From: Bacillales bacterium
Lineage (GTDB): Bacteria > Bacillota_I > Bacilli_A > RFN20 > CAG-826
Assembly: GCA_016290145.1 (NCBI GenBank)
Contig: JAEESX010000002.1
Span: 1-48,713 of the forward strand
Direction: 5' to 3'
DNA: 48,713 nucleotides
This document shows, in pieces, positions 18,016 to 26,317 of this stretch. Made by a program: the position numbers and the translations under genes. The notes below the pieces were generated by a model that saw nothing but the letters and a program-made list of their open reading frames with translations, was not told the origin of the DNA and made no database searches. Numbering within the stretch: position 1 is the first letter of the stretch; each line of letters begins with the position of its first letter.

Positions 18016-18273
18016 TTATTTTGCTATGTTAGCGAATGACTTGTAGAACACAAAATTGTTCTCAGCATCGATGTATCCGATCTCTCTTCCGTTAATGATA
18101 ATTGAGCCATCATCATCGACATAACCAAGCTTCTTTTCGCCAAAAGAAATGATGCCGTCATCAGTGATGTCAGCAAATTTTCTTCCACTAATGATTAATT
18201 CATTAGATTGGATGTATCCAATTAAATCTTGGTCGACGTAAATGTTATGACCAAAACAATCGATAATAAGCAT
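18016..18273 (-). CDS. 85-aa repeat protein (three IGY-I/V-D..G..I units; resembles 'beta-flower' small repeat proteins)
   Basis: AGGTGA SD 6 nt upstream of ATG 18273, which is 2 nt after the glmU-like stop. Internal repeats: LIGYIQSNELIISGRKF, LGYVDDDGSIIINGREI, GYIDAENNFVFY. Confidence 0.6.
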   Translation of the reverse strand: MLIIDCFGHNIYVDQDLIGYIQSNELIISGRKFADITDDGIISFGEKKLGYVDDDGSIIINGREIGYIDAENNFVFYKSFANIAK

Positions 18274-18275
18274 TA

Positions 18276-19271
18276 TTATTCACCTAGTTTTTCATTGTCG
18301 CCAATAGTTTTATTTCTAATACTAGTATTAGAAATTTTATTATTGCTCCCCATTTTAACGTTTTCTAAAAACACATTAGGACCGATTTCGTTTGCTGTAC
18401 CTAAATCGCAGTTTCCGGTAATTGTGGTGTTAGGGAAAATAACTGTATCCTTACCAATTTTTACTTCTGGCGAAATATAGGTGGAATCTGGATCTTCCAT
18501 AGAAACGCCTTCGAGCATAAGTTTGGTATTAATGCGTTTACGCATTGTTTTGGCTGCATAGGCGAGTTGAACACGGTCGTTAATACCAAATACTTCAACC
18601 ATGTCTTCAACAACGTAAGAACCGACAGGAAGATTATCCTTTAACATCAATTCAACTAATTGAGATAGATAGAACAACTTTCTGGTGTTGTTGTTATCCA
18701 TTTTCTTTAAATATTTGAATAATAATTTATTGTCAAAAACACAGATACCTGTGTTTGCTTCTGAAATACCTAATTCGTATTCAGAACAATCTGTTTCTTC
18801 TCTAATAGCAATTAAATGATTGCTCTTTTCTTCACGAATCATTCTGCCATAGCCAGAAGCATCAGGAAGAATAGCGGAAACAACTGTCAATGCGTTCTTT
18901 TCTTTTTCGTGAATATGTAAAATAGAGGAAATTGTTTGAGGAGACACCAAAGGTGTATCACCATAAATAACTAATGTTTCACCTTCTAAATCCTTTAATA
19001 ATGATTCGGTTTGTAAAACAGCATGACCTGTGCCAAGAATTTCTTTTTGCCAAACGACATCACATTCTTTTTCGACTAACTTTTTGGTGATTTCTCCACC
19101 AAAGCCAACAACCACCACTTCTTTTTTGAAGTCTAAAGGTTTTAAAGCATCCAAAACATAGTTGATGATTGGTCTTCCAAGAATTGGATAAGAAACTTTG
19201 GAGTGGTTTGGATCGATTGATTGCATTCTGGTTCCTTTACCAGCTGCTAAGATGATTGCGTATTTATTCAT
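18276..19271 (-). CDS. glmU: GlmU-like N-acetylglucosamine-1-phosphate uridyltransferase, C-terminally short (331 aa)
   Basis: LAAGKGTRM, GTGHAV, YGDTPL and NTGICVFD are colinear with GlmU. The hexapeptide repeats begin at about residue 255, but the ORF ends about 125 aa before a canonical GlmU C-terminus. Confidence 0.75.
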   Translation of the reverse strand: MNKYAIILAAGKGTRMQSIDPNHSKVSYPILGRPIINYVLDALKPLDFKKEVVVVGFGGEITKKLVEKECDVVWQKEILGTGHAVLQTESLLKDLEGETLVIYGDTPLVSPQTISSILHIHEKEKNALTVVSAILPDASGYGRMIREEKSNHLIAIREETDCSEYELGISEANTGICVFDNKLLFKYLKKMDNNNTRKLFYLSQLVELMLKDNLPVGSYVVEDMVEVFGINDRVQLAYAAKTMRKRINTKLMLEGVSMEDPDSTYISPEVKIGKDTVIFPNTTITGNCDLGTANEIGPNVFLENVKMGSNNKISNTSIRNKTIGDNEKLGE

Positions 19272-19283
19272 AATTTCCTCCTG

Positions 19284-20138
19284 TTACTTAATTACTTTAG
19301 TAACTTCGACTAAATATTGTTTTTCGAGTTCTTTTGCAACCTTATAAATTAAACGTTTATCGGTACTTAAAGCAAAGACACAAGATCCTGAACCTGTCAT
19401 TTGGACGATTTTCAATCCTGCTAACTTAAGTTTATCTTTGATAATTTGGATTTCTGGCACTAAAGAGATGGCTGGTTTTTCTAAAGCGTTAAAGATAGAT
19501 TTGGCCAACAACTCATCGTCGCCAGTTTCCAATGCTTCTTTAACTTTTTCAACATCACCCATTGGTAAATCCATGGTATCAGATACTTCGTATACGCCTT
19601 GTGTGGAGCATCCAGCATCTGGTTTGACCAATAAGACGTAATAATCGTTTTTCACGCTCACAAAGTCTATTTTCTCACCTATACCCCTACATCTAGCTGG
19701 TTTGCTAGTTAAGAAGAAAGGAATATCAGCGCCTAAGCCTGTAGATAATGATACTAATTCTTCGTAAGGAAGATTTAATTTTAAGTAAGAATTAACTGCG
19801 TTAATTACTACACCGGCATTAGATGAACCACCACCTAAACCAGATTGCATAGGAATAACTTTATGAATTGTGATTCTAAATTTGTTAGTGAAACCATATT
19901 TGGCTTGCATCTTCTCAATTGCGGTTGTAGCAATGTTGTATTTGAACAAACCAAGCGAAAAATCATCAATTGTAACAAAGTGGTCTTTCGCATTAGGAAT
20001 TTCAGTAAATAAAATAGAGTCGTGAAGTTGTAAAGGAAGAATAATCATATCTAGTTCATGATAGCCATCTTCTCTTTTGCCCACGACATTAAGGCAAATG
20101 TTAATTTTTGCATAACTTTTTAAAAGCAAACTTTTCAT
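19284..20138 (-). CDS. ispE: 4-diphosphocytidyl-2-C-methyl-D-erythritol kinase
   Basis: SYAKINICLNVVGKREDGYHELD N-terminus and GHMP motif PMQSGLGGGSSNAG. ATG 20138 is preferred over GTG 20165. Confidence 0.85.
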   Translation of the reverse strand: MKSLLLKSYAKINICLNVVGKREDGYHELDMIILPLQLHDSILFTEIPNAKDHFVTIDDFSLGLFKYNIATTAIEKMQAKYGFTNKFRITIHKVIPMQSGLGGGSSNAGVVINAVNSYLKLNLPYEELVSLSTGLGADIPFFLTSKPARCRGIGEKIDFVSVKNDYYVLLVKPDAGCSTQGVYEVSDTMDLPMGDVEKVKEALETGDDELLAKSIFNALEKPAISLVPEIQIIKDKLKLAGLKIVQMTGSGSCVFALSTDKRLIYKVAKELEKQYLVEVTKVIK

Positions 20139-20202
20139 ATAATAATTATCTCTTTCATTAAGCACATTTATTTTATCTAACGTTTTCTAAGAAAACAATT
20201 TA

Positions 20203-21015
20203 CTAATACTTTTTTAAATGGTCATATAGTTTAGCAATTGTTTCAGGAGACAACTCTTCAGGTCTTTTATTTGATGGGATACCAGTCTCTTCAAGTACCT
20301 TTAAAGATAGTTCCTTATCATCTAAAAAAGATGATAGGTTGTTGTGAATCGTCTTTCTTCGATTTGAAAAAATAGATTTTGAAAAATTGAAAATTGAAAA
20401 AATATGATCAAAATTTGTATGGTTCAAAACATTGATCTCAAACACTATCGATGAGCATTTAGGAGCTGGGTAGAAAGAACCTGGCTTAACAGTTAATTTT
20501 CGAGACACATTACCCAACAAATGAATAAACACAGATAAAGGACCATATTCTTTACCACTCAAATCAGAAAAGCGAGGAAACGCTTCTGCTTGGCACATAA
20601 GAACCAACTTTTTAGCATTTCTAGCATTCTCTAAAAGATAAGTAACGGTTTCAGTAGTAATATTGTAGGGTAGATTTCCAACAATTTTGTCATACTTAGA
20701 AACATCATGTTTACGAATATCCTTAAGGATTAAATTTATATTATCTTCTTTATAAATTATCTTGAGAAAATTGATCATTCTTTCATCAATATCCACTAGG
20801 TCAATTTTGCAGTTTTCGTATTGCGAAATGAAATGAGTAAGCGACCCAATACCAGGACCAATTTCTAAAACACTATCATCATCGTGAATATCTAAAAGAG
20901 AAATAATTCTTTCGCATATACTAGGTTCCAATAAATAGTTTTGGCCATAGTCTTTATCTGGTTCTAATCCGGACTTTCGAATAATTTCTATAACATTATT
21001 TCTATTTATTTCCAT
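20203..21015 (-). CDS. rsmA: 16S rRNA (adenine1518/1519-N6)-dimethyltransferase RsmA/KsgA
   Basis: YGQNYLLEP, SAM motif VLEIGPGIGSLT, NLPYNITT. ATG 21015 has GGGAGG upstream. The listed TTG 21039 would itself lie within that SD. Confidence 0.9.
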   Translation of the reverse strand: MEINRNNVIEIIRKSGLEPDKDYGQNYLLEPSICERIISLLDIHDDDSVLEIGPGIGSLTHFISQYENCKIDLVDIDERMINFLKIIYKEDNINLILKDIRKHDVSKYDKIVGNLPYNITTETVTYLLENARNAKKLVLMCQAEAFPRFSDLSGKEYGPLSVFIHLLGNVSRKLTVKPGSFYPAPKCSSIVFEINVLNHTNFDHIFSIFNFSKSIFSNRRKTIHNNLSSFLDDKELSLKVLEETGIPSNKRPEELSPETIAKLYDHLKKY

Positions 21016-21535
21016 ATGTTCCAAAAACCTCCCTTTCAATCTGTTCTTTTGTGATATTTAATACATTTAAACGTTTAAGCATTTCTTTATTTTTGAAGGT
21101 GCCTAAGTGGTAAAAATTTGAAATCGATTTTTTGATTTCTTTTTGCTCTTTAGTAAGAGAAATCAAATCGTTTAAAGTAACCATTTGTTCGCTTGTTTTA
21201 GACTTTATAAAATGTTCCTTAAGAACATTTAATATTTCTTCCTTTTCGCATTCAGCAACACCATGCTTGCCGTTTTTGTTGCACTTGTTTGAATTCACCT
21301 TAATATGAACTGCATTTGGTAATTCTTTCGACAAGCGATCTCTTATAGTATCGCCAGCTGAGTCGCTGTCAGTTAATACAATAATTTTCTTATTACAATT
21401 TTGAAGAAAATCGATATCCTCATGTTTAATATCGTAGCCGTTTGTCTCAATAAAAAGGGCATCTATAAATGAAGAAAGAAAGGATGAATCACCTGTCCCC
21501 TCAACAACAATAATTCCATCAATAATTTTCTTCAT
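21002..21535 (-). CDS. rnmV: Ribonuclease M5 (Toprim domain)
   Basis: IIVVEGTGDSSFL and VLTDSDSAGDTIR Toprim motifs. 177 aa. ATGA overlap with the tatD stop. Confidence 0.85.
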   Translation of the reverse strand: MKKIIDGIIVVEGTGDSSFLSSFIDALFIETNGYDIKHEDIDFLQNCNKKIIVLTDSDSAGDTIRDRLSKELPNAVHIKVNSNKCNKNGKHGVAECEKEEILNVLKEHFIKSKTSEQMVTLNDLISLTKEQKEIKKSISNFYHLGTFKNKEMLKRLNVLNITKEQIEREVFGTYGNK

Positions 21536-22308
21536 AATTTAATGTTAAAAAGCTTACAAGAGTTCTCGAATATAACATCGCTGATATGTTTCTTGGAAAG
21601 TCCTTTAATTCTTGTAACTTCATCAAGGACCAAAGCGATGTTTTTTGGTTCGTTTATTGTTCCTCTTAATGGATGAGGTGCAAGGTATGGAGCATCTGTT
21701 TCAAGAAGCAATCGTTCAAGAGGAACTTTCTCACAAACTTCTTTGGGTGTCTTTGCGTTAGTGAAGGTTAAAGGACCATCTAATCCGATATACATATTTA
21801 GCTTTAATACTTCATCTAATAATTCAACGCTTCCAGAATAACAATGCATGACTCCACTATAAACAGGAGGATGTTCTTTTAATATTTTTAAGCAATCTTC
21901 AAAAGCCTCTCTATTATGTACAGAAATAGGTTTTTGATGGAGATTTGCAAAGTTTATTTGTTTTATGAACCATTCTTTTTGTATTTCTCTTTGGGCCGGA
22001 TCTTTAACCCAATGGTAATCTAAACCGATTTCACCGACAGCTACCACTTTTGGATCGTTAATATGGCTCATTACTTCGTCAAAATCTTTTTCCGTAACTC
22101 CCTCCAGTTCAGTTGGGTGGAATCCTATTGCAGCATAGATAAAGTCATATTGTTCTGCTAGTTCAATAGCTTTTAAAGAACTAACTTTATCCCAACCAAC
22201 AACAAGGATCTTCTCAACCCCTACTTTTTTAGCGGATTCTAAAACTTCGCCCAAGTTATTGAACAAGTCTTCATGATTAAGGTGACAATGTGTATCGAAA
22301 ATTCTCAT
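21532..22308 (-). CDS. tatD: TatD-family metal-dependent hydrolase/DNase (YabD-like)
   Basis: MRIFDTHCHL start, GEIGLDYHW, VHNREA, ETDAPYLAP. ATG 22308 overlaps the mnmE TAA by 1 nt. Confidence 0.85.
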   Translation of the reverse strand: MRIFDTHCHLNHEDLFNNLGEVLESAKKVGVEKILVVGWDKVSSLKAIELAEQYDFIYAAIGFHPTELEGVTEKDFDEVMSHINDPKVVAVGEIGLDYHWVKDPAQREIQKEWFIKQINFANLHQKPISVHNREAFEDCLKILKEHPPVYSGVMHCYSGSVELLDEVLKLNMYIGLDGPLTFTNAKTPKEVCEKVPLERLLLETDAPYLAPHPLRGTINEPKNIALVLDEVTRIKGLSKKHISDVIFENSCKLFNIKL

Positions 22309-23642
22309 TATTTTCCTACGCAAAATCTTGAAAAGATTTCTTTACTTAAATCAGCTTTATTTCTTTCACCTAAAATATCCAAAACGGCGTAATAGGCATC
22401 CATTAAGTTAATTGAGACTAAATCCACTGGTAAATCATTACTTGAGTCTTCTTTAGCTTTTAACAACGAATTTTTAGCTTGTTTCAATAAGCCAATTTGT
22501 CTAGTGTTCGCTAAGGCAGGTTGTTTAAATGTTTGTTCATCAAGACCTACAACGCGATGAATTTCTTTTATTAAAGGTGTGATATCTTGAGTTAACGCAG
22601 AAACATAAATGTTTCCGTCATTTTTATCAGTGATTTTGTCCGCTTTATTATAAATAATAATTCTATTAGATTTTTCGGTTAATTTAAGGATCTTCTCGTC
22701 TTCTGAATCGAGTTCTTTGGTGCCATCTAAAACAACAATAACTAGTTCGGCTTCATCGACGGCCTTTTTGGCTCTATCTACACCAATGTTTTCAACAACA
22801 TCAGAAGAGTCTCTGATACCTGCGGTATCAAGTAAATGTAAAACAACGCCTCCTAAGTTAACTTCGCCTTCAACAACATCTCTAGTTGTACCAGCAATAT
22901 CGGTAACGATTGCTTTTTCTTCGCCTACTAAAGCATTTAAAAGTGACGATTTACCAACATTTGGTTTACCAACAATCGCAACCTTAATGCCATCTTTGAT
23001 GATTCGCGCTTTTTCGCCCTCGTCAACGAGTTTATTAATCATTTCGATAATTTCCTCACAGATGGTTATAACTTGCTGTTTATTAGCCTGTTCTATGTCT
23101 TCGTATTCAGGATAATCGATGTTAACTTCAATTAAGGAAATAATATCGGCTAATCTGGTCTTCACAGGTATCAAAAGTTGGCTGGTTTTGCCTGTTAAAG
23201 AGAGCATCGAGAGATCTTTTGATTCTTTAGTACTTGAATTAATGATATCGTTGATGGCTTCGGCCTGGATTAAGTCAATTTTTTGGTGGATAAAAGCACG
23301 TGAAGAATATTCGCCATTTGTGGCCAATCTTGCACCATTTGCTATCAAAACGTCCATAATTTGCTGGGAAATTAGCATACTTCCATGGCAAATAATCTCT
23401 ACTAGGTCTTCCCCTGTAAAGCTCTTTGGACCCTTATAGACCGCCACCACTACTTCATCGATCTTTTGATTTCTATTTTTGTCTTCAATATACCCTACTA
23501 AAAGGGTTCTTTCTTTGATTTCTGTGATGTCTTTGGAAAAGCATTTAGAGACAATCGCAAAACAATCATCACCAGACACTCTAATGATGGCTAACGCAGA
23601 CTTCATTGGGGGAGTTGCTAACGCTACAATTGTCTCAAACAT
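22308..23642 (-). CDS. mnmE: tRNA modification GTPase MnmE
   Basis: ETIVALATPP...ALAIIRVSG N-terminus, G-domain GKPNVGKSSLLNAL and DTAGIR, and the C-terminal CVGK tetrapeptide. Confidence 0.95.
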   Translation of the reverse strand: MFETIVALATPPMKSALAIIRVSGDDCFAIVSKCFSKDITEIKERTLLVGYIEDKNRNQKIDEVVVAVYKGPKSFTGEDLVEIICHGSMLISQQIMDVLIANGARLATNGEYSSRAFIHQKIDLIQAEAINDIINSSTKESKDLSMLSLTGKTSQLLIPVKTRLADIISLIEVNIDYPEYEDIEQANKQQVITICEEIIEMINKLVDEGEKARIIKDGIKVAIVGKPNVGKSSLLNALVGEEKAIVTDIAGTTRDVVEGEVNLGGVVLHLLDTAGIRDSSDVVENIGVDRAKKAVDEAELVIVVLDGTKELDSEDEKILKLTEKSNRIIIYNKADKITDKNDGNIYVSALTQDITPLIKEIHRVVGLDEQTFKQPALANTRQIGLLKQAKNSLLKAKEDSSNDLPVDLVSINLMDAYYAVLDILGERNKADLSKEIFSRFCVGK

Positions 23643-23654
23643 AAATACCTTTCC

Positions 23655-23677
23655 AAAAAAGCGCCCAAGTAGGGCGC
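23655..23677 (-). terminator. Intrinsic terminator between jag and mnmE
   Basis: On the minus strand: GCGCCC-TACTT-GGGCGC followed by TTTTTT, then the GGAAAGG SD of mnmE. Confidence 0.7.
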
Positions 23678-23685
23678 ATTCTTAA

Positions 23686-24285
23686 TTAATCAACGTAAAT
23701 GATTTGAACTCTACGGCGTGTGCCGGCATCGACTGATTCAGTACGAATGTTTGGCATTCCAGAACATGCGTTATGAATAGCTCTTCTTTCATCTGCTGGC
23801 ATAGGATCAAATGTATATGTTGCTTTGGTTCTTTGAACCTCATGAGCGCACTTGCGAGCAATACGGGCAAGACGATCATATTTGCTGTCTTTATAACCAT
23901 TTACATCAAGTAAGATTCTGAATCTCTTGTGGAAGTGATTACAAACAGCTAACTTTGTTAATTCATTTAAAGCAAGAAGTGTTTTGCCGTTTTTGCCAAT
24001 TAAAATTGGGTTGTGGGTGGAATCAATAACGATACGAATAATATCGTCGTCTAATTTGGTGTTTACGGTGCTTTCAATGCCTAAATTATCAACAACTGAT
24101 AAGACATAGTCTTCAGCATATTTAATGACGTCAGATAAGTCGTAAACTTCGACAACAACTTTCTTCGCGAAAATACCTTTTGTTTTATCGGTTAAAACGT
24201 AGATAAGTTCTTCAACAGGAGTTCCACTATCTTCACTGGCAGCAACTAATGCTTCTTCAACTGTTTTTCCAGTATATGATTTCAT
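23686..24285 (-). CDS. jag: Jag/KhpB RNA-binding protein (Jag_N, KH, R3H)
   Basis: C-terminal R3H motif ERRAIHNACSGMPNIRTES and a KH-like LIGKNGKTLLAL. Conserved position downstream of yidC. Confidence 0.9.
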   Translation of the reverse strand: MKSYTGKTVEEALVAASEDSGTPVEELIYVLTDKTKGIFAKKVVVEVYDLSDVIKYAEDYVLSVVDNLGIESTVNTKLDDDIIRIVIDSTHNPILIGKNGKTLLALNELTKLAVCNHFHKRFRILLDVNGYKDSKYDRLARIARKCAHEVQRTKATYTFDPMPADERRAIHNACSGMPNIRTESVDAGTRRRVQIIYVD

Positions 24286-24297
24286 CGTTTTTCTCCT

Positions 24298-25815
24298 TTA
24301 TTTTTTGGATTTTTTGCGATTCATAATCGCATGGGTTATTAGTGTTTGTGCAATGGAGAATAAAGCACCAACTAACCAATAAACACCTAACGCAGACACG
24401 AGAGAGAAGCCCATGAAGATAATCATGGCTAACATGATGTATGTGAACCATTTCATCTTATTATCGGATTCTTTTTGTGCTGGGTTACGACCTAATTTAG
24501 CAATCTTTTTCTTCTTTGCTGCATTAAGCCATTGAGGTAATAACATAGCGACTGTTTGTGCGCCCGCCATTAATAAGAATAACACGAGTGCTGTCCATAC
24601 ACCTGATGTTGGATGTGCCCAGTTTGACCAAGTGGTCAAAACAGAGCTGATAGATGTTGATAGGTTCAAGTGTAAGAACTCACCTGATGATAATTGCGCG
24701 CTGCCTTGCATTGCGCCCCACACACAGATGAAGATTGGGAATTGAACAATCATAACAAGAATTGATGTTAATGGATTGATCTTGTGTTTCTTATAAAGAG
24801 CTTGCGTTTCCATCGCTAAGCGTTGTTTTTCATACTGATTTGTATTGGAATTTGGATACTTCGCTTGAATCTTAGCGAGTTCTGGTTGTAATTCCTGCAT
24901 TTTGGATGATGCGGTTGTTTGCTTAAATGTAACAGCCAACATAACTGTTCTAACAATGATTGTTACAAATAAAATAGCAAATAATTGAGCCCAACCTTGT
25001 CCAACTGCTTTACTCATACCTACGGTAAAGATATCAAGTAATGCACCGATAGGCCAAACTAATAAGCCGGATAATGGACCATTCTTCCAGGCATATCCAT
25101 AACTCTTTTCTTGGATTTGAACTTCGATTTCTTCAGCACCATATTTACCATAGTTACCTTTGGTTAATGCTAAACAAGAACGATAGCTATTGATGGTGGT
25201 TTTCATTTGTTGCTTATAATAAGCAAAGTAGTCAGAGTTTGGACATTCATCAATCGAATCAACAATTGAACCGATATATGTAAGTCTGGCTTCATTATCA
25301 AATACATCCAAATTTTCCCAAAGCTTTTTACTTTCTTTAGAGTTTGTTCCATAGAACTTTAGATAACCATAATCGTAAAGCACACCAGTTAGTTCTTTTG
25401 CGCTTCCGATTTCCCCTGCAGTAATTGTTGCTTTATCTTTTTCACCAGCTTCAATAGCATGATTTAATACAACTGTATCTAAAGCAATATAGTACTTGAG
25501 AGATGGTGTGCTAATTCCTGATTTCTCAGCAGAATTCTTAATCTTCAAAAGATTACCTGAATGCTCAAACGAAGCGGCATACCAAACGTTAGTGTCAGGG
25601 ACTTGACCAACTAAAGTTGGTTCAACATCTTCTCTTTTGTTGTTTGCCTCCGCAGCTTCTTTGCTGTCATAGTATTCGCAGACACCGTGATCAATACCAT
25701 AAAGAATATGGGCTTTGTCCACTGTTGAGCAGAAAGAGTTTGTACAACCAGATAAAAGTAGTGCTCCAAATAAGAGACCACCGATACCTAATCCAATTTT
25801 TGTACCTTTTTTCAT
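24298..25815 (-). CDS. yidC: Membrane protein insertase YidC, lipoprotein form with a long extracytoplasmic N-domain
   Basis: Lipobox LLLSGC at residues 20-24. Oxa1-type core (MQELQPELAKIQAKY, INPLTSILVMIVQFPIF) in the C-terminal half. 505 aa. Confidence 0.9.
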   Translation of the reverse strand: MKKGTKIGLGIGGLLFGALLLSGCTNSFCSTVDKAHILYGIDHGVCEYYDSKEAAEANNKREDVEPTLVGQVPDTNVWYAASFEHSGNLLKIKNSAEKSGISTPSLKYYIALDTVVLNHAIEAGEKDKATITAGEIGSAKELTGVLYDYGYLKFYGTNSKESKKLWENLDVFDNEARLTYIGSIVDSIDECPNSDYFAYYKQQMKTTINSYRSCLALTKGNYGKYGAEEIEVQIQEKSYGYAWKNGPLSGLLVWPIGALLDIFTVGMSKAVGQGWAQLFAILFVTIIVRTVMLAVTFKQTTASSKMQELQPELAKIQAKYPNSNTNQYEKQRLAMETQALYKKHKINPLTSILVMIVQFPIFICVWGAMQGSAQLSSGEFLHLNLSTSISSVLTTWSNWAHPTSGVWTALVLFLLMAGAQTVAMLLPQWLNAAKKKKIAKLGRNPAQKESDNKMKWFTYIMLAMIIFMGFSLVSALGVYWLVGALFSIAQTLITHAIMNRKKSKK

Positions 25816-25816
25816 T

Positions 25817-26140
25817 TTATAGCCCTTTCATTAAATCACTTAATTGTGATTTGTTGTCATCAAATGAAGTAGTTAAAAACTTTGTTTTAACAATGATGAC
25901 GATATCAAGTGACTTTTGTGAGTAATCGATTACTTCGTCACAAATAGCTCTCACTTGACGTTTGACGCGGTTACGAATAACCGCACAACCTAGTTTCTTA
26001 GATGCAGAGATTCCGACTCTCGTATTGTTATTATCGGTTTTTCTCACATGAACAATATAACTAGGTAATCTGTAGGAAAAGCCTTTATTAATCGTCAATG
26101 CGAAATCATCGCTTTTTTTGATGCGATTAATGACTTTCAT
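25817..26140 (-). CDS. rnpA: Ribonuclease P protein component
   Basis: RVGISASKKLGCAVIRNRVKRQVR (RNR motif). 107 aa, located between rpmH and yidC. Confidence 0.92.
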   Translation of the reverse strand: MKVINRIKKSDDFALTINKGFSYRLPSYIVHVRKTDNNNTRVGISASKKLGCAVIRNRVKRQVRAICDEVIDYSQKSLDIVIIVKTKFLTTSFDDNKSQLSDLMKGL

Positions 26141-26149
26141 TTAAACTCC

Positions 26150-26284
26150 TTAGGCAGTAAGTGATTTACGACCCTTAGCTCTACGACGAGCCAACACATT
26201 GCGGCCTTTATCACTCTTCATTCTGGCACGGAAACCAGCTTTGCGTTGGTGTTTGATTTTGCTTGGTTGATATGTACGTTTCAT
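26150..26284 (-). CDS. rpmH: 50S ribosomal protein L34 (not in the ORF track; 44 aa)
   Basis: Manual translation: [53 protein letters not shown] upstream of ATG 26284. Confidence 0.95.
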   Translation of the reverse strand: MKRTYQPSKIKHQRKAGFRARMKSDKGRNVLARRRAKGRKSLTA

Positions 26285-26317
26285 ATTAAGTGTACCTCCT
26301 TAAACATAGCGTGATAA

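Noticed and set aside
18016-18273. Idea that the 85-aa ORF is the detached C-terminal LbH (acetyltransferase) part of GlmU after a frameshift
   Set aside because: Its repeats recur at irregular spacing (31 and 16 residues) rather than in hexapeptide register. It has none of the GlmU C-terminal motifs, is far too short (85 versus about 125 missing residues), and has its own strong SD.
20182-20196. GTTTTC-TAA-GAAAAC hairpin between rsmA and ispE as a terminator
   Set aside because: The stem is only 6 bp and AT-rich, with no following T-run on the minus strand. It is more likely fortuitous or a minor processing or pausing site.
22717-23115. 132-aa and 106-aa plus-strand ORFs antisense to mnmE (second at 23119-23439), and a 138-aa ORF antisense to degV (9923-10339)
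   Set aside because: Same reasoning as above: Ser/Thr/Leu-rich translations, no SD, and complete overlap with well-supported genes.
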